From the IMG/VR virus record IMGVR_UViG_3300031555_001469: a stretch of 64,000 nt of DNA; one strand, given 5' to 3'. Under the pieces are notes generated by a model that was not told the origin of the DNA, did not search any database, and worked only from the letters and a program-made list of their open reading frames with translations. The first letter of the stretch is position 1. Each line of letters begins with the position of its first letter. This stretch comes from a virus. Taxonomy: Duplodnaviria; Caudoviricetes. The translations under genes and the position numbers were made by a program. Of the stretch, positions 9,431 to 21,400 are shown piece by piece.

Positions 9431-10747
9431 TTAAAATTCTACATTCATATTGAATTTCTTGATAGCTTTGCGAATATTTGTAGCTAATTCTTTTTTATGC
9501 TTATCTTCACAGTGACCATAGAATCTGATAGCAGATCTTACATGTGCCTCATCATTCAATGGGAACTTTCTAAGTTTAGGGATACCAAATGCAGAATCTG
9601 GTAATTCGTTTCTGTCTTTCATATTTAATTTGGCTTCCATGAAGTTAACTTCTCTAGTTGCTAAATAAATATCTATAGCAGCTTTATGATAATTATTAAG
9701 CTTATCATAAACTTCTTCAATTGGATAGAAGTTTCCAAAAGCATACATAGAATCATCTCTATCTACATTTCTGATATATCCAGAATAATTTCCATTATAT
9801 TCTGCAATATAAAGATGATTAATAGACCCATGATATTCGAATGGTAAATTACGTAAATTGTCATTTCTCTTACTAAACCTTTTCATATAAGTCTTTACAT
9901 ACTTTACATTCTTAAGAATGATACGAGCTTCTTCTTTACATTCATTTCTAACCTGCTCTTCTATAGAACAAGATGTTTCAGTTCCGCCACCAGGGATTCT
10001 ATATCCATGTCCATCTTTATTCTTATAAATAAAGACTTTATTTCCATAGAATACAAGAGCCTCACAACGTTCTCTGTAGTTATTATCACCAATAACTATT
10101 AAAGAGTTCCATACCCCATCTGAATCATAAGCACCGTTTAAAGTAGCCTCAATAGGTTCACTGGAGATAATACAATCTTCTAATTCATCGTCTCGATCAA
10201 GTGCCAGTGGCTTTATACAACCATTAGGATCATAGACAATTTCCTCTTTTTTCTTCCATGTATAATGATAATTACTGAAATCTAATACATGAATTTGTCC
10301 TAAATTAATAGGCATCAGGTTACCAGATTTCACATCATAAGTCTGTACCCAGAAATCTCTATCTGTGCCATTATTTCCTTTAGCTTTAATAGCTTCTTCA
10401 ATAGTAGGATAGTATTCGTTTCTATGTACAGTATACATCATCTTATCGGTACGAAGCATATAAGCTTTAAGATTATCGAAGTCTTCTACCCTAGTATCTT
10501 CTAAAACCAAGTTACCAGATTCTTCAACTCCTGTTAAGATATAACTCAAATTTCTCTCTGTATAATAAGATTCAAAGTTTTTCTTATTAATAGTAAGAGG
10601 ATTATTCATCAAAGCATTAGAAGCTTCCTCAGACTGAGTTAATAAATAAACTGCACTACCTTTCTTTTTATCCTTATCAGAAAATGGTAAATAGAAAGGT
10701 CTCTTATAGAGCATATTATCTTTTAATTCTTCTAAACAAATAGCCAT
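9431..10747 (-). CDS. Multidomain (virion-type) protein with Nudix domain and C-terminal DUF6582-like domain
   Basis: IPGGGTETSCSIEEQVRNECKEEA; C-terminal LPDSAFGIPKLRKFPLNDEAHVRSAIRF; late-type promoter. Confidence 0.7.
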   Translation of the reverse strand: MAICLEELKDNMLYKRPFYLPFSDKDKKKGSAVYLLTQSEEASNALMNNPLTINKKNFESYYTERNLSYILTGVEESGNLVLEDTRVEDFDNLKAYMLRTDKMMYTVHRNEYYPTIEEAIKAKGNNGTDRDFWVQTYDVKSGNLMPINLGQIHVLDFSNYHYTWKKKEEIVYDPNGCIKPLALDRDDELEDCIISSEPIEATLNGAYDSDGVWNSLIVIGDNNYRERCEALVFYGNKVFIYKNKDGHGYRIPGGGTETSCSIEEQVRNECKEEARIILKNVKYVKTYMKRFSKRNDNLRNLPFEYHGSINHLYIAEYNGNYSGYIRNVDRDDSMYAFGNFYPIEEVYDKLNNYHKAAIDIYLATREVNFMEAKLNMKDRNELPDSAFGIPKLRKFPLNDEAHVRSAIRFYGHCEDKHKKELATNIRKAIKKFNMNVEF

Positions 10748-10817
10748 TTAAATTACCTCCTTCGGCAATATTATTTTATCTTACTTAATTGTTTCAGGAA
10801 TAAATGAAAAAAATAAA

Positions 10818-10839
10818 GGGGAGCTGTATAAGCCTCCCC
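10818..10839 (-). terminator. Terminator of cassette 2
   Basis: GGGGAGCTGTATAAGCCTCCCC, 21/22 identical to 8390-8411. Confidence 0.75.
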
Positions 10840-10845
10840 AGTATT

Positions 10846-11211
10846 TTACTTTTCCCTAAGCTCTGCAAGCCAAGCCTCGGTGCTGTCCCAATTTTCTGGT
10901 TTCATATCCATAATATAGTTAGAATCCTTTAACCATGGATCAAATAAATCTTTAATATCATGAACAGTGATCTCCGCTACCATAGTGATCTGATTAGAGA
11001 CTACCTCTAATCTTATTTTTTCTCTGTTATTAGTATGATATCTATACCATACTCTGACTAATCCATTAGCTGTATTTACTAAACAGCCATCGGTATCTAA
11101 ATTACGAACAGCGGTGAGTAATTTGCGGCCATTACTATCAATACCAATAAATACCTGCCCTAAGCTAAGAGCTGTTGCCTCTGTTATTCTGTTAATTGTC
11201 ATGCTTATCAT
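10846..11211 (-). CDS. Orphan ORF, cargo of structured-leader cassette 2
   Basis: 121 aa; directly follows the conserved leader. Confidence 0.75.
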   Translation of the reverse strand: MISMTINRITEATALSLGQVFIGIDSNGRKLLTAVRNLDTDGCLVNTANGLVRVWYRYHTNNREKIRLEVVSNQITMVAEITVHDIKDLFDPWLKDSNYIMDMKPENWDSTEAWLAELREK

Positions 11212-11350
11212 ATCTCTTGCGCCTCCTTAGCGCCCGTGGCTTCTATAACCCTAAAGAGTATTATAGGTTCCTTGACCCGGATATAGAAGGATAAGATATT
11301 ATTTCTTCTTATCACTATTATAATATACAAGTATATTTGTAAATTTTTAC
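11212..11350 (-). promoter_or_regulatory. Early promoter plus conserved structured RNA leader, copy 2
   Basis: Homologous to copies 1 and 3. Confidence 0.8.
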
Positions 11351-11403
11351 AATTTAACCTAAACAGGGACATTTAAGTAATATAAAAAGGAGGTGCATAA
11401 TTC

Positions 11404-11604
11404 ATGCCATCAGAAGATAAGTTCGTAAGAAAATTTAGAATTAGACACGACAAAGCATGGAGCTGGCATTTAGGAATCTTTTTCTGTGTAGAACCTAAGA
11501 GAAACAACGGAAAGAGAGATGTCTATTTGTTCTTGGCTTTAGGTACACATGATATTTCTATAGGTATGATATCCGAATATGAAGGAGACGAAGAATATGC
11601 CTAA
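11404..11604 (+). CDS. Small hypothetical protein
   Basis: AGGAGG SD; GACA-N6-TA motif at 11368. Confidence 0.7.
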   Translation: MPSEDKFVRKFRIRHDKAWSWHLGIFFCVEPKRNNGKRDVYLFLALGTHDISIGMISEYEGDEEYA

Positions 11605-11740
11605 TAAATTATCAAAAGAAAGTTTCATTCAAATACTCAACTCTATGACCGATAAAGAGATAAATGAGTATATTAAATCTAAAGGTAAACCACCGAAGGC
11701 AATTCGTCCTATCGTGGTACTTAGAGATTTACAAAAATAA
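11597..11740 (+). CDS. Small hypothetical protein, 47 aa (not in ORF track)
   Basis: AAGGAG SD; MPNKLSKESFIQILNSMTDKEINEYIKSKGKPPKAIRPIVVLRDLQK. Confidence 0.65.
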   Translation: MPNKLSKESFIQILNSMTDKEINEYIKSKGKPPKAIRPIVVLRDLQK

Positions 11741-11776
11741 AAACAAAATAGTAATTCATTAAAGGAGGTCCATAAG

Positions 11777-12310
11777 ATGGATAATTTAAAGGAAATTATT
11801 GCTGATATTAAGAATAACCTTTCTCAGACATCAGCAAGCAGAAAAGACGAAGTTACCGTAATGAGAGGCATGTTAAATGATACTACATTTACTGTTGGAG
11901 TTTACGGTAAAGATGGATTAGTAGACACCTACTGTCCTGCAGAAGATGCTAGAAGCATGGTAGCTGGTATCCTTAAGGGTGCAGCTCACGTAACTAATCA
12001 GGAAGCTATCCAGTTAGCAGGTAACTATGAATTTACAAATTCTGATGCTACCTCTATGGTTAGAATTTCTAAGGAATTTGTTAATGTATACCTTGATACA
12101 GGTAGAAAGCTTCCACTTGGTTGCAGAGAAAAGTCTGATGTTTCTCTTGCTAAGAAGGAAGTTGCAGAAAGTACAAAGATCTACCCAGTTAAGATTGGTG
12201 TAGAAGCAGATGGCTCCGATAAGTGGGGTACAGGAACTAAGACAGTACCTGCACATGAAAGCATAAAGGTATTTGGTTCTTGTCCAGATTGGTGCAAACC
12301 TACTAAATAA
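11777..12310 (+). CDS. Late hypothetical protein, possibly HU-like DNA-binding
   Basis: Own late motif and terminator; C-terminal TKTVPAHESIKV loosely resembles the HU arm. Function is speculative. Confidence 0.55.
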   Translation: MDNLKEIIADIKNNLSQTSASRKDEVTVMRGMLNDTTFTVGVYGKDGLVDTYCPAEDARSMVAGILKGAAHVTNQEAIQLAGNYEFTNSDATSMVRISKEFVNVYLDTGRKLPLGCREKSDVSLAKKEVAESTKIYPVKIGVEADGSDKWGTGTKTVPAHESIKVFGSCPDWCKPTK

Positions 12311-12323
12311 TATTTAATATATA

Positions 12324-12356
12324 TCCCGTAAGTACCTAAACTGGTACTTACGGGAC
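12324..12356 (+). terminator. Intrinsic terminator (TCCCGTA...TACGGGAC family)
   Basis: TCCCGTAAGTACC-taaact-GGTACTTACGGGA. Confidence 0.8.
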
Positions 12357-12391
12357 AAATTTTGTCTCTTCAAGCATCTATTTAAAGGGGA

Positions 12392-12403
12392 AACATTAAG
12401 ATA
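12392..12403 (+). promoter_or_regulatory. Putative late promoter AACA-N6-TA (representative of about 22 sites)
   Basis: AACATTAAGATA, 26 nt upstream of the tape-measure gene; same motif precedes most structural genes. Confidence 0.75.
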
Positions 12404-12428
12404 AATCTTAAAGAGAGGAGGAGTAATT

Positions 12429-15400
12429 ATGGCCTTAAAAGACGTAACTAGCTATATCAAGAATATGGGTAAGTCTGTTGGCTACTCGATGATTGATGTA
12501 TCCAAAGAAACTGCGCCAGCTATGGCAGAGTTTGTGGATACTAATAAGGAATTATTTAAAGACGTATATGCTGCCGTAAAAGATCATAAGAAGTTTATGG
12601 AAAAAACCAAAGCTCTTATCACTGGTAGTAAAGTATATGAAGCCGCTGATGTCGGTCTCAAAGCTATGAAAGAAGATATCAGAACTGGTAACTTCTATAA
12701 CAAAGCTAGAACTGCTGAATTTGAAGCAAAATACAGTGGTTTTAATATGGATGATATGGATGCTGATGATATAGAGTTCAGTATGAAGGACGACGATGAT
12801 GGTAGTTTCGGAAGCGTAGAAATCTCTGATGGAGATAAGTACGTTGGAAGCACTGTTGAATCTGCAGTAAAAGCTTCTGCTGACCTTACATCAACTACTA
12901 TAGCTAGATCTGCTGAATATATGGGTTCTGTTACAAAGGCAAGCACAAGTGCTATTATTGTACAGAATGAAAGATTATTCGGTAATCTTAGTAATAGAAT
13001 TGTAGCTATGCATGGTGGTATAAATGATTTATATAAACTTCATGCTACTGCTATTGAAGCTACAGGTAAGATGAACAAAGAGTTCTATGAGAACACTACG
13101 AATCTTATGCGTGAATCTAATGCTATGCTTAAAGAAATGCTTGAGATGCAGAGAAATATGTACAAGCAGGAACAGCAGAAAGCAAAGGAAAAGACTACGT
13201 ATGGTGATATCGTAGGTAGTAACGGTATGCCAGATCTTAAAGAATATGCTAAAGTTATTGGCAAGAACTTTAAAGGTGCGACTGGTCAGTTTGGTGATAT
13301 GCTCGGTATGTTTGGTAAAGACAGTAATATGCTTGCAATGATGGTAGCGAGTCCATTAATGTTTATACCTAACTTCATAGCAAAAGCTGTTATACCTGCT
13401 GCTGTAGCGTCTAATATGTCAGAACTTGATAAAAGTTTATCTGGCGTATTCGGAACGTCTATAGCAAGATTTAATAAAATGGCTAAAAAAGATAATAGTC
13501 CTATTGGAAGTTTTATAGGAAAATTATTCGGTATTAGCTCTAATGTAAAGGGATCTATAGATACTGGTAATTATAATAAGGGAGCTGTACCTTTTGATGG
13601 AATTACTAGAAAATCTATTATTGAAGTAATCCCAGGTCACCTTAGAAGAATCGAAGCTATTTTATCTGGAATGGGAGATGAAAGAATATACGATTATGAT
13701 AAGGGTAAATGGACCTCTGCAAGTAAGCTTAAATCTCAGTATGATTCTATTGCAGACCAGCACAGAAATAGTGCTTTTTCTGATCTTAGGAATCATGCTA
13801 AGAGATATACAAAGACTGCAGGATTTTCCAAATCTCAGAAAAAGAAATTCGATGATGATTTTGAATTATTCCTGAAGCAGGTATATGAAGAGGGTGGTTA
13901 TCTTCCTTCTAATCTTCGTAAGATGAAGAAAGAAGACTACAATTATAATATATCTGATATGAATTTTGAACTTATTAGAAACATCCTTACTACTATGAAT
14001 AAGGGTGATGTTATGAGTATTGCTGGTAATGTATTAGAAGCTAGAAATAGACATAACAAAACTATTTCTGATTTAGAATTATCTGGATCAGCATTATATA
14101 ACTATCTTTTTGACGGCTCTGATATGAAGAATAGTTATAAGAAATTTAAGAACAAAGATGGAAAAATTACCGGATTTGATACAGCTGTTAATATAGCGAC
14201 TGTTACCGATAATCTTGGTAATAATATTTTCTTCTACCTTCAGAATATGCTTAAGACCATGGAATGGTATAAACTTAACTGGGGAATGGGAGGAGGTTCT
14301 TCTAATTCTAGAAAGTTTAGAAATATTAAGGATTCTGATTGGGATTCGTATGTTAATCATAGCTCTTCTTCTAATAGTAGAAAATATGAAGATGAACGAG
14401 CTTATGATGAAAAAATACGTAAGAGTGTTGCGAATGGTACCTACGTTAACTTTATTGATGCAGATTCCGATGAAGACATGGCTGAAGCTCAGGCAATGCT
14501 TAGAGGTAAAGCTGTTTTAGCTGGAATCAAAGATGAAGATGATAGACGTAAGGAATATAGATCTAAACACTATGGCGCATTTTATAAAGAACAAGATGAC
14601 TTAGATATGGGCAGATATAGTCATGGTAAGCATAATAAAGGTATTGTTACAAGACTTAGAGAAGCTGGTACTTTAATGGATAAATTTAACGTTATCTCTG
14701 AAGGTATTAAGGATTTTGCTAAGTCTCCTGCAACCTTATTAGCATCCGTAATTGATAAGGCTAATCAGTCTATATTTAGTTTCTTTTATCAGGACCCTCT
14801 TTATGATGAAGATGGTAATAAGATAAAAGGATTTATGGATTTAATGACTTCTAAGATGAAGACTAGTTTCGACAAGTTTAATAAATTCTTAGATGATAAG
14901 ATTTTAGATCCGTTAAAGAAGAAACTTGGAGTTGATAGTTTCGGAGATCTCGCTGATAAGTTCCTTGGAATGTTTGGATTAGACAAAAAGGGGCGTAAAG
15001 AAAAGTGGGACAATTTATTTGGCGAGGGTACATTCTTCGGTGATTTTAAGAAAGGTTTCAAAGATGAAATTGATCGTATCACTAAAGAAGTAGCTGAATC
15101 TACAAAAGCCGCTATGAAAGCAACTTATGGTAAAGCTGGTGAAGCTATTTTTGGAACTAATTCTACTTCAAATCCAGTAGTAGATAAGAAACGTCAAGCC
15201 GAACTTGCAAGACAGGATTTATTAAATAGATCTTCTGCAAGAGCAAGAGCATATCTTACAGGTACAGGATATGATGGAGAAGACTTTGAAGCTCGTGTAG
15301 CTGAACTCGCCGGAAGTTCTAAAAATATGAGAATTGTTAGAGCTTGGGAAGATGAGAATGCTGCTAGAGAAAACGAGTATGGTAATTTATTTAATTCTGG

Positions 15401-18400
15401 CGATACATTAGATTCTTGGATTAACTCGGGGTCTATTAAAGACCAGAATGCTAAAAGAAATATGATGGCATATTATGCTAGCAGAGGTCAGGAAGCTTCC
15501 GAATATACTAAAAACGGTAACGTTCTTGACTATATTAATATGATAGATAAAGCACTTCGTACACCTAAAAAAGTTCGTCGTGCTAATAGATTCGTTAATG
15601 AATCTAACTCTCAGGTGGCTAGAGCTACTGGTAGAGAATCTGAAACAGATTCGGAGGGAGACCCCCGACAGCGTGGTATACATGCGTTTGGCGCTAGGAT
15701 GGTAACTAAAGCAGGATTAACTATGATTTCTCCTGGCGAGGCTATTATCCCTGCAAATATGAATCCTTTTAATCCTGACATGGACACTGTTGATATTAAT
15801 CAGCAGTTGGCTAATGAAAAGAGATTAAAGAATAAATTTATAGGTAGTCTTAGAGATAGAATTGCTACTAAAGCTGGCGGTGACGATGGTACAGGTGTTC
15901 CATTAGCAGAATCTAAGTCCTTAGCTCAACAGGCTGGAGGTAAGATTAAGGATGGTGCTACTGAATTAGTTACTCGTATTGTATTAGGTAGTGATAAAGA
16001 AGCTAAAGCATTTAAAGATGCTACTTCTGAAATTACTCAAAAGATTAAAGGTTATCTTCCTACAATGGCTGCTACTGGTCTTATCGGTGGTGGTGTAGGT
16101 TTATTAACTGGTATCGGTGGACCTATCTTAGGTGCAGTAGCTGGTGCCGGTTTAGGTTTACTTCAAAAATCTGATACTTTACAGAATTGGTTATTCGGTG
16201 AAGTTATTGGAGAAGATGAAAACGGAAAAGATATCCGTAAGGGAGGAGTTATCTCCCAGAAGATGCAACAATCTATGCAGAAGTATTTACCAGATTTAAA
16301 GAACTTTGGTATTGCTGGTGCATTGACAGGCTTATTCACTCCATTAGGACCTGTTGGTGGCTTAATGGTTGGATCTGCTCTTGCATATGTAAAGAACAAT
16401 GATAAATTCGCTCAGATATTATACGGCGATGTAATTGGTAAGGATGAGAACGGAAAAGATATCAGAGATGGCGGTATACTTGGTAAGAGCCATATGGATA
16501 AGCTTAAAAAGGCTGCTCCTAATATCTTAGGCGGTGCTGCTATCGGTGCTTTAGCCGGCCCATTCGGTCTTGTAGGAAACTTAGCCTTAGGTTCTGCTAT
16601 AGGCTTGGCTTCGTCTACAGAAGGATTTAAGACTCTTATTTTTGGTGAAGAAGTTGATGGAGAAAGAACTGGTGGTATCGCTGGTGCTCTTCATGATGGC
16701 TTTGTTGAACCAATGAAAGAGTTTGGAAAATCTATTAAAGATGGATTTGATAGTTTTATTAAGGATGATATTTTAAGTCCTTTAGCTGGGGCAATTGAAC
16801 CTTTAACCAAAGAAATAAGTGATATGATTAAGGGTATAGTGATGTTTGTGCCTAATATCTTCACTAAGTTCATGGAAAATAGAATCACGGCTCCATTAGC
16901 AAATTGGATGGAAGAAAGAATATTCAATCCGCTTGGAAAAGCAACCAAGTTTTTATTATCAGCTCCAATTAAATTAGCTAAAACTGTAGTGTCTGCTCCT
17001 TTTAAAGCTGTAGGCGCTTTAGGAAATGCTGTTAGAGGAAAGCATATAGCTAAGGGTAAAGCGGGATACATGACAGCTAGAGAACGTCTCGATTTTAGAG
17101 CAAAGCATAAGGTTGGTATGGCTTTATCTATTCATCGTGACAAGTATAGAGAAGAAGATGAAGTTATTGCTAACTTAGACGCTTCTTCTGTTCAGAAACT
17201 TAAGGATGTACTTGATGCTCAGCTTACTGGAGGAAAGAGTCTTACTCAGAATATCGAAAAGACTAAGAATAAAATCTATGTAGCGGTTGACAAGTACTTT
17301 AAAGATAATGATAAAGTTCTCTTATTGAATAAAGGAACTCGTTCTAAGATACTTAAAGCTATTCAGAAAGAGAATTATAAAGAAGCTGTAACACTTATTC
17401 GTACTGGTAAGGGTAAAGATGGTAGACCTATACCTGAATCAGAAAGAGAAGCTTTATTAGAAGAACTCGTACCTCTTATTGAGACTTATGAGAATCTTAA
17501 AGCTAGAAAGAAACAGCTCGATGATCTTGGTGAAGTTGATACAGTCGCTCTTGCAAGAGAGATGGGATTCAAGAAGTTTAAAGGAACCAAGAAAGATTTA
17601 AAGAAATACTCTGATCTTCTTCGGGGTACTTATAATGCTTTTGAAGCAGAAGGTGCTTATAAGACAGATACTTTGGGTCTTAATGACTCTGAAGATACTG
17701 AAATTGTAAGCAATCAGTCACTTGAAACACAGACAGATCGTATTGTCGAATCTATTGATAATTTAACAGCAATGATTAAAGGTTTAATAGATCCTGATAG
17801 TATAACTGCTGTTAGTGAAGAACATGGTGACACATATGAAAGTAATTTAGCTAGTTTCTCTGAAGCTATAGCTAATGGTAAAGCTGAAGATTTGCGTGCT
17901 GCTAGAGCTAGAGTAACAGATTTAGCTAAAATTTATGGCTTACACGGCGGTCTCTATGGGGACGACGGTGAAGTTAAACATGATATATTAAGCGGTCTTA
18001 TTAATAATGAGGCTGGGTTTGATGCACTTATGAGAGCAAAGAATGATGGAACTAACTTAAGAGTTGGTAATATCGGAAAGTATCTCTATACGTCTCAAAC
18101 TGATAATAAGAATTTCCTTAGATTACAGGAACTTGGTAATTATACTGATCTGCCAGAAGATATGATAGATGCAGTATTAAAGCTCAATAAGTCTCAGTAT
18201 GACAGATTATTTACAGCTGTCTCTAGAGGAGCTAAAGTTGTCGATGCTAATGGAAAATTTGATAAGGATGCTTTTGATGTATTAATTAATTCTGATGGTA
18301 ATTATAATTGGGAGACTAATACAGGAAAAGCATATAAGGGCAAGGTTAACGAAATGGCTCATTATACAGTAAAATCTGTAAGAGCTATTAAGAACGCTTT

Positions 18401-21400
18401 TGCTGGAAGTATAAATAAAACCTTCGATCACTTCTTCATTCAGTTCCAGGGTCTTGGTTTAGTTGGATCAGGTCCAGGAGCTATATGTAGTGAAAAACAG
18501 TTACAATGGTTGTATAAGAATGCTTATTATGAACTGGATAGGGCCGCTTCTGCTAAAGATCCAGAACAGGCATTTATTGAGTTATATAATAAGTATAAGA
18601 ATAAATTACCAAGTACAGCTACGATACTCTCTGCAGGTGAATCTGTAGTTGATGCATCTGAAATAGAAACTCGTGCTTTTGGTAAATTTAAGAACCTTAT
18701 TACCAATAATAAATTTGTTGCCAAATTTAAAAAGATTGGTACTAGTGATTCTTCTGATTCTAAGGAATCTCAGGAAGAAGCTAATAAAAATGCCTTAGAA
18801 AATGAACGTCAGAATGTCATTGCGTCTGGTGTAACTACTGTCGCTGAAGCTATTCATAACTGGAGAGCTAAGTATGACAAAGACCAGAAAGATGAAGAGA
18901 GTGGAAATAACGGTTTCTGGGGCAAACTTCTTAAGGGATTAGTTTTAGGAGGTAGAGTTCTTGGTACTATTGGTATTGGTGCATTCGGTGCTGGTATCTA
19001 CAAGAATTATTTAGAACCTCAAGTTGCTAATATCTTCAATGATCATGTAAAACCTTGGTGGACTGATAAAGCGCTTCCTGCACTGAAAGAGTCTGCTTTT
19101 GGTAAAGCGATTATGAGAGGTATGGATTATATCACTGGTAGCGGTGAATTTGCTGAAACTGGTGGTTTAAGAGGAACCCTTGCAAAGGGATTTGACTGGT
19201 TCTTGGGAAATGGTGAATATAATGGAAACGGTTTAATCGATAAAGCTAAAGGATTTATTATGGATACAATCGTCCCTAACATGTTTACCGGTCTCGAATG
19301 GGTTATAGGAGATTTAGCTCCTAAGATTTTATCAGGCTTATTTACAGCATTACCTAAGTTATTAGGAGCAACTGTAAGAGGTATTGGTAATTTCTTTAAG
19401 TTATCTATCACTAGTCTGCTTAAGCCTAACGTTAAGACTTATGCTGCTGATGATTTTGATATATCGTACGATGGAAATATGCCTACTTCATCTGTAATTT
19501 CTAAGGGTGGTAATAGTAGTGTATTGAGTAGATGGGGCTTAGCTAAGCCAGCCACCTACGATTTTAATGGTACTGTAAGTACATCTGGAGTGAGTTCTTC
19601 TGATTCTGGAAGTATATCTGGTACTGAATATTATGTAAATGAAAGCGGAAGATCTACTGCCGCTGCTGTAGGAGAAGCTGTTACAAGAGGCACATTAACT
19701 AAAGGTGGAGGGCTTATCAAAGCATTTGCTAAGGGCGGATTAGGCAATAAAGTGCTTAAAAACACCGTTGGTAAATTAGGTATTGCCGGAAAAGCGGTTA
19801 GTGGTGCTGTAGGAGGCGGATCTACATTATTAACCAAAATTACATCTGGAGGTAATTCTTTATTAAGAAAAGCTTTAGATAAATTTGGTGTTAACCCTGA
19901 TAAGTGGTTAGGTAATGCTGCTGGTGAAGTAACCGAAGAAGCTGCAGAATCTGCAGTTAAGCAAGGAGCAGAAGCTGCTGCTAAGCAGACTGCTGAAACT
20001 GTTGGTGAAAAGGTTATGAAAGAAACTGCAGAAAATGTTACCGAGAAAGCTGCTACAGGTGCCGGTAAAGGAATCGTTGAGAAAGTAACTAAATTTGTTA
20101 CTGAGAAGCTTACCGGTTTATTTGCTAATGGAACTGTAATTAGCGCAATTAAAAAAGCACTTAAAGCTAGTGGTAAAGAGGCTACTGAAAAAGCTGCAAA
20201 GAAAGCTGCAAAAGAACTCGGTGAAAATATTATTAAGAAATTAGTAAAGAATTTAGCCGAGAAAGCTGCTAAGGCTGCTGCAAAAGCTGTTGCTAAGTTA
20301 AGTGCATCTATAGCATCTGCTGGTATTGTTACAATAGCATTCATCGTTGCAGATTTTGTATCTGGTATGAAAAATGCTGAAACAATATTAGGCGTAACAG
20401 ATGGTGTATCTGTATTAGAAAGATTGTTATGTGGTGTTATTAATGCTATCACAGAGAATCTTACCTTTGGGTTAATTCCTGCCGATACAATAGTTGATAT
20501 TGTTGTAGAATATGCAGCCCCTGCATTAGGTATTGATACTTCTAAAATAACAGCTAGAAGAGAAGCTGCTATTAAAGAAATCGAAGAATGGAACAAAGAA
20601 CACCCTGATGATCAATACGAAAGTGTTGAATCTTATAATAAGAAAGACCGATGGACTACCAAAGCATGGAAGAGTGTTAAAGGTTGGTTCGGTGGTGGAA
20701 GCGATAAGGAAGATGAAAAGCGTTTAAAGGCTTCTTCGTCTACATCATCTTATGCTGCTTCTGCTAGTGGTACTTCTTCTCGTGTTAGAGCTGCAGGTAT
20801 GTATGGCACAGGTTCTGGAAAGCATCTGAGTCAGATTGATCCTAGATATGCTAATATGAGATTTAATAGCTCTGCAGATTCTGCAAGACAGACTATCGGA
20901 GATTCCGGTTGTGGTCCAGTTGCAGCTGCACAAGTTGTTCAGAGATATTCTGGTTATGGAGCTGACCCTGTCAATGCAGCTAGATATGCAATCAAGAATG
21001 GTTATAAGGAGACTAATGGAGGTACTTATCCTGCATTCTTCAGAGACTACTTGGGAGCAAATAATATCAATACTGAATTATTGACAGATATTAGATCCAC
21101 AGTAAATAGAATTGGTTCTGGGTCTCCTGTTATCTTAATGGGTAAGGATAGTTCTAATTCTAAATCTACACCTTACGGTGCGTCACCTCACTATGTGGTG
21201 GCAACAGGATTTGATAAGAGAGGTAATATCATAATTCAAAATCCTGAATCTATGACTCCAGATTCTATATACAATGCTGGTGATGTGTTAAGCAAGTCTA
21301 GTTTAGCAATCGGAACTAGCTATGGTACAGGAAATGGATATAATAAATTAATGGGTATGCCGATGTTTGGAAGAGGTAGAGCTGCTATGACTACTAACAT

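Noticed and set aside
8728-11350. Repeated leader as a CRISPR array, known ribozyme or known riboswitch
   Set aside because: Copies are dispersed, with no repeat-spacer periodicity; I could not see a hammerhead core (CUGAUGA/GAAA) or another familiar aptamer consensus. An Rfam search is still needed
19631-20596. 321-aa antisense ORF inside the tape-measure gene, and other antisense ORFs in the track
   Set aside because: Shadow ORFs produced by GCT/GGT/AAA codon bias on the coding strand; no SD, promoter motif or recognisable domain
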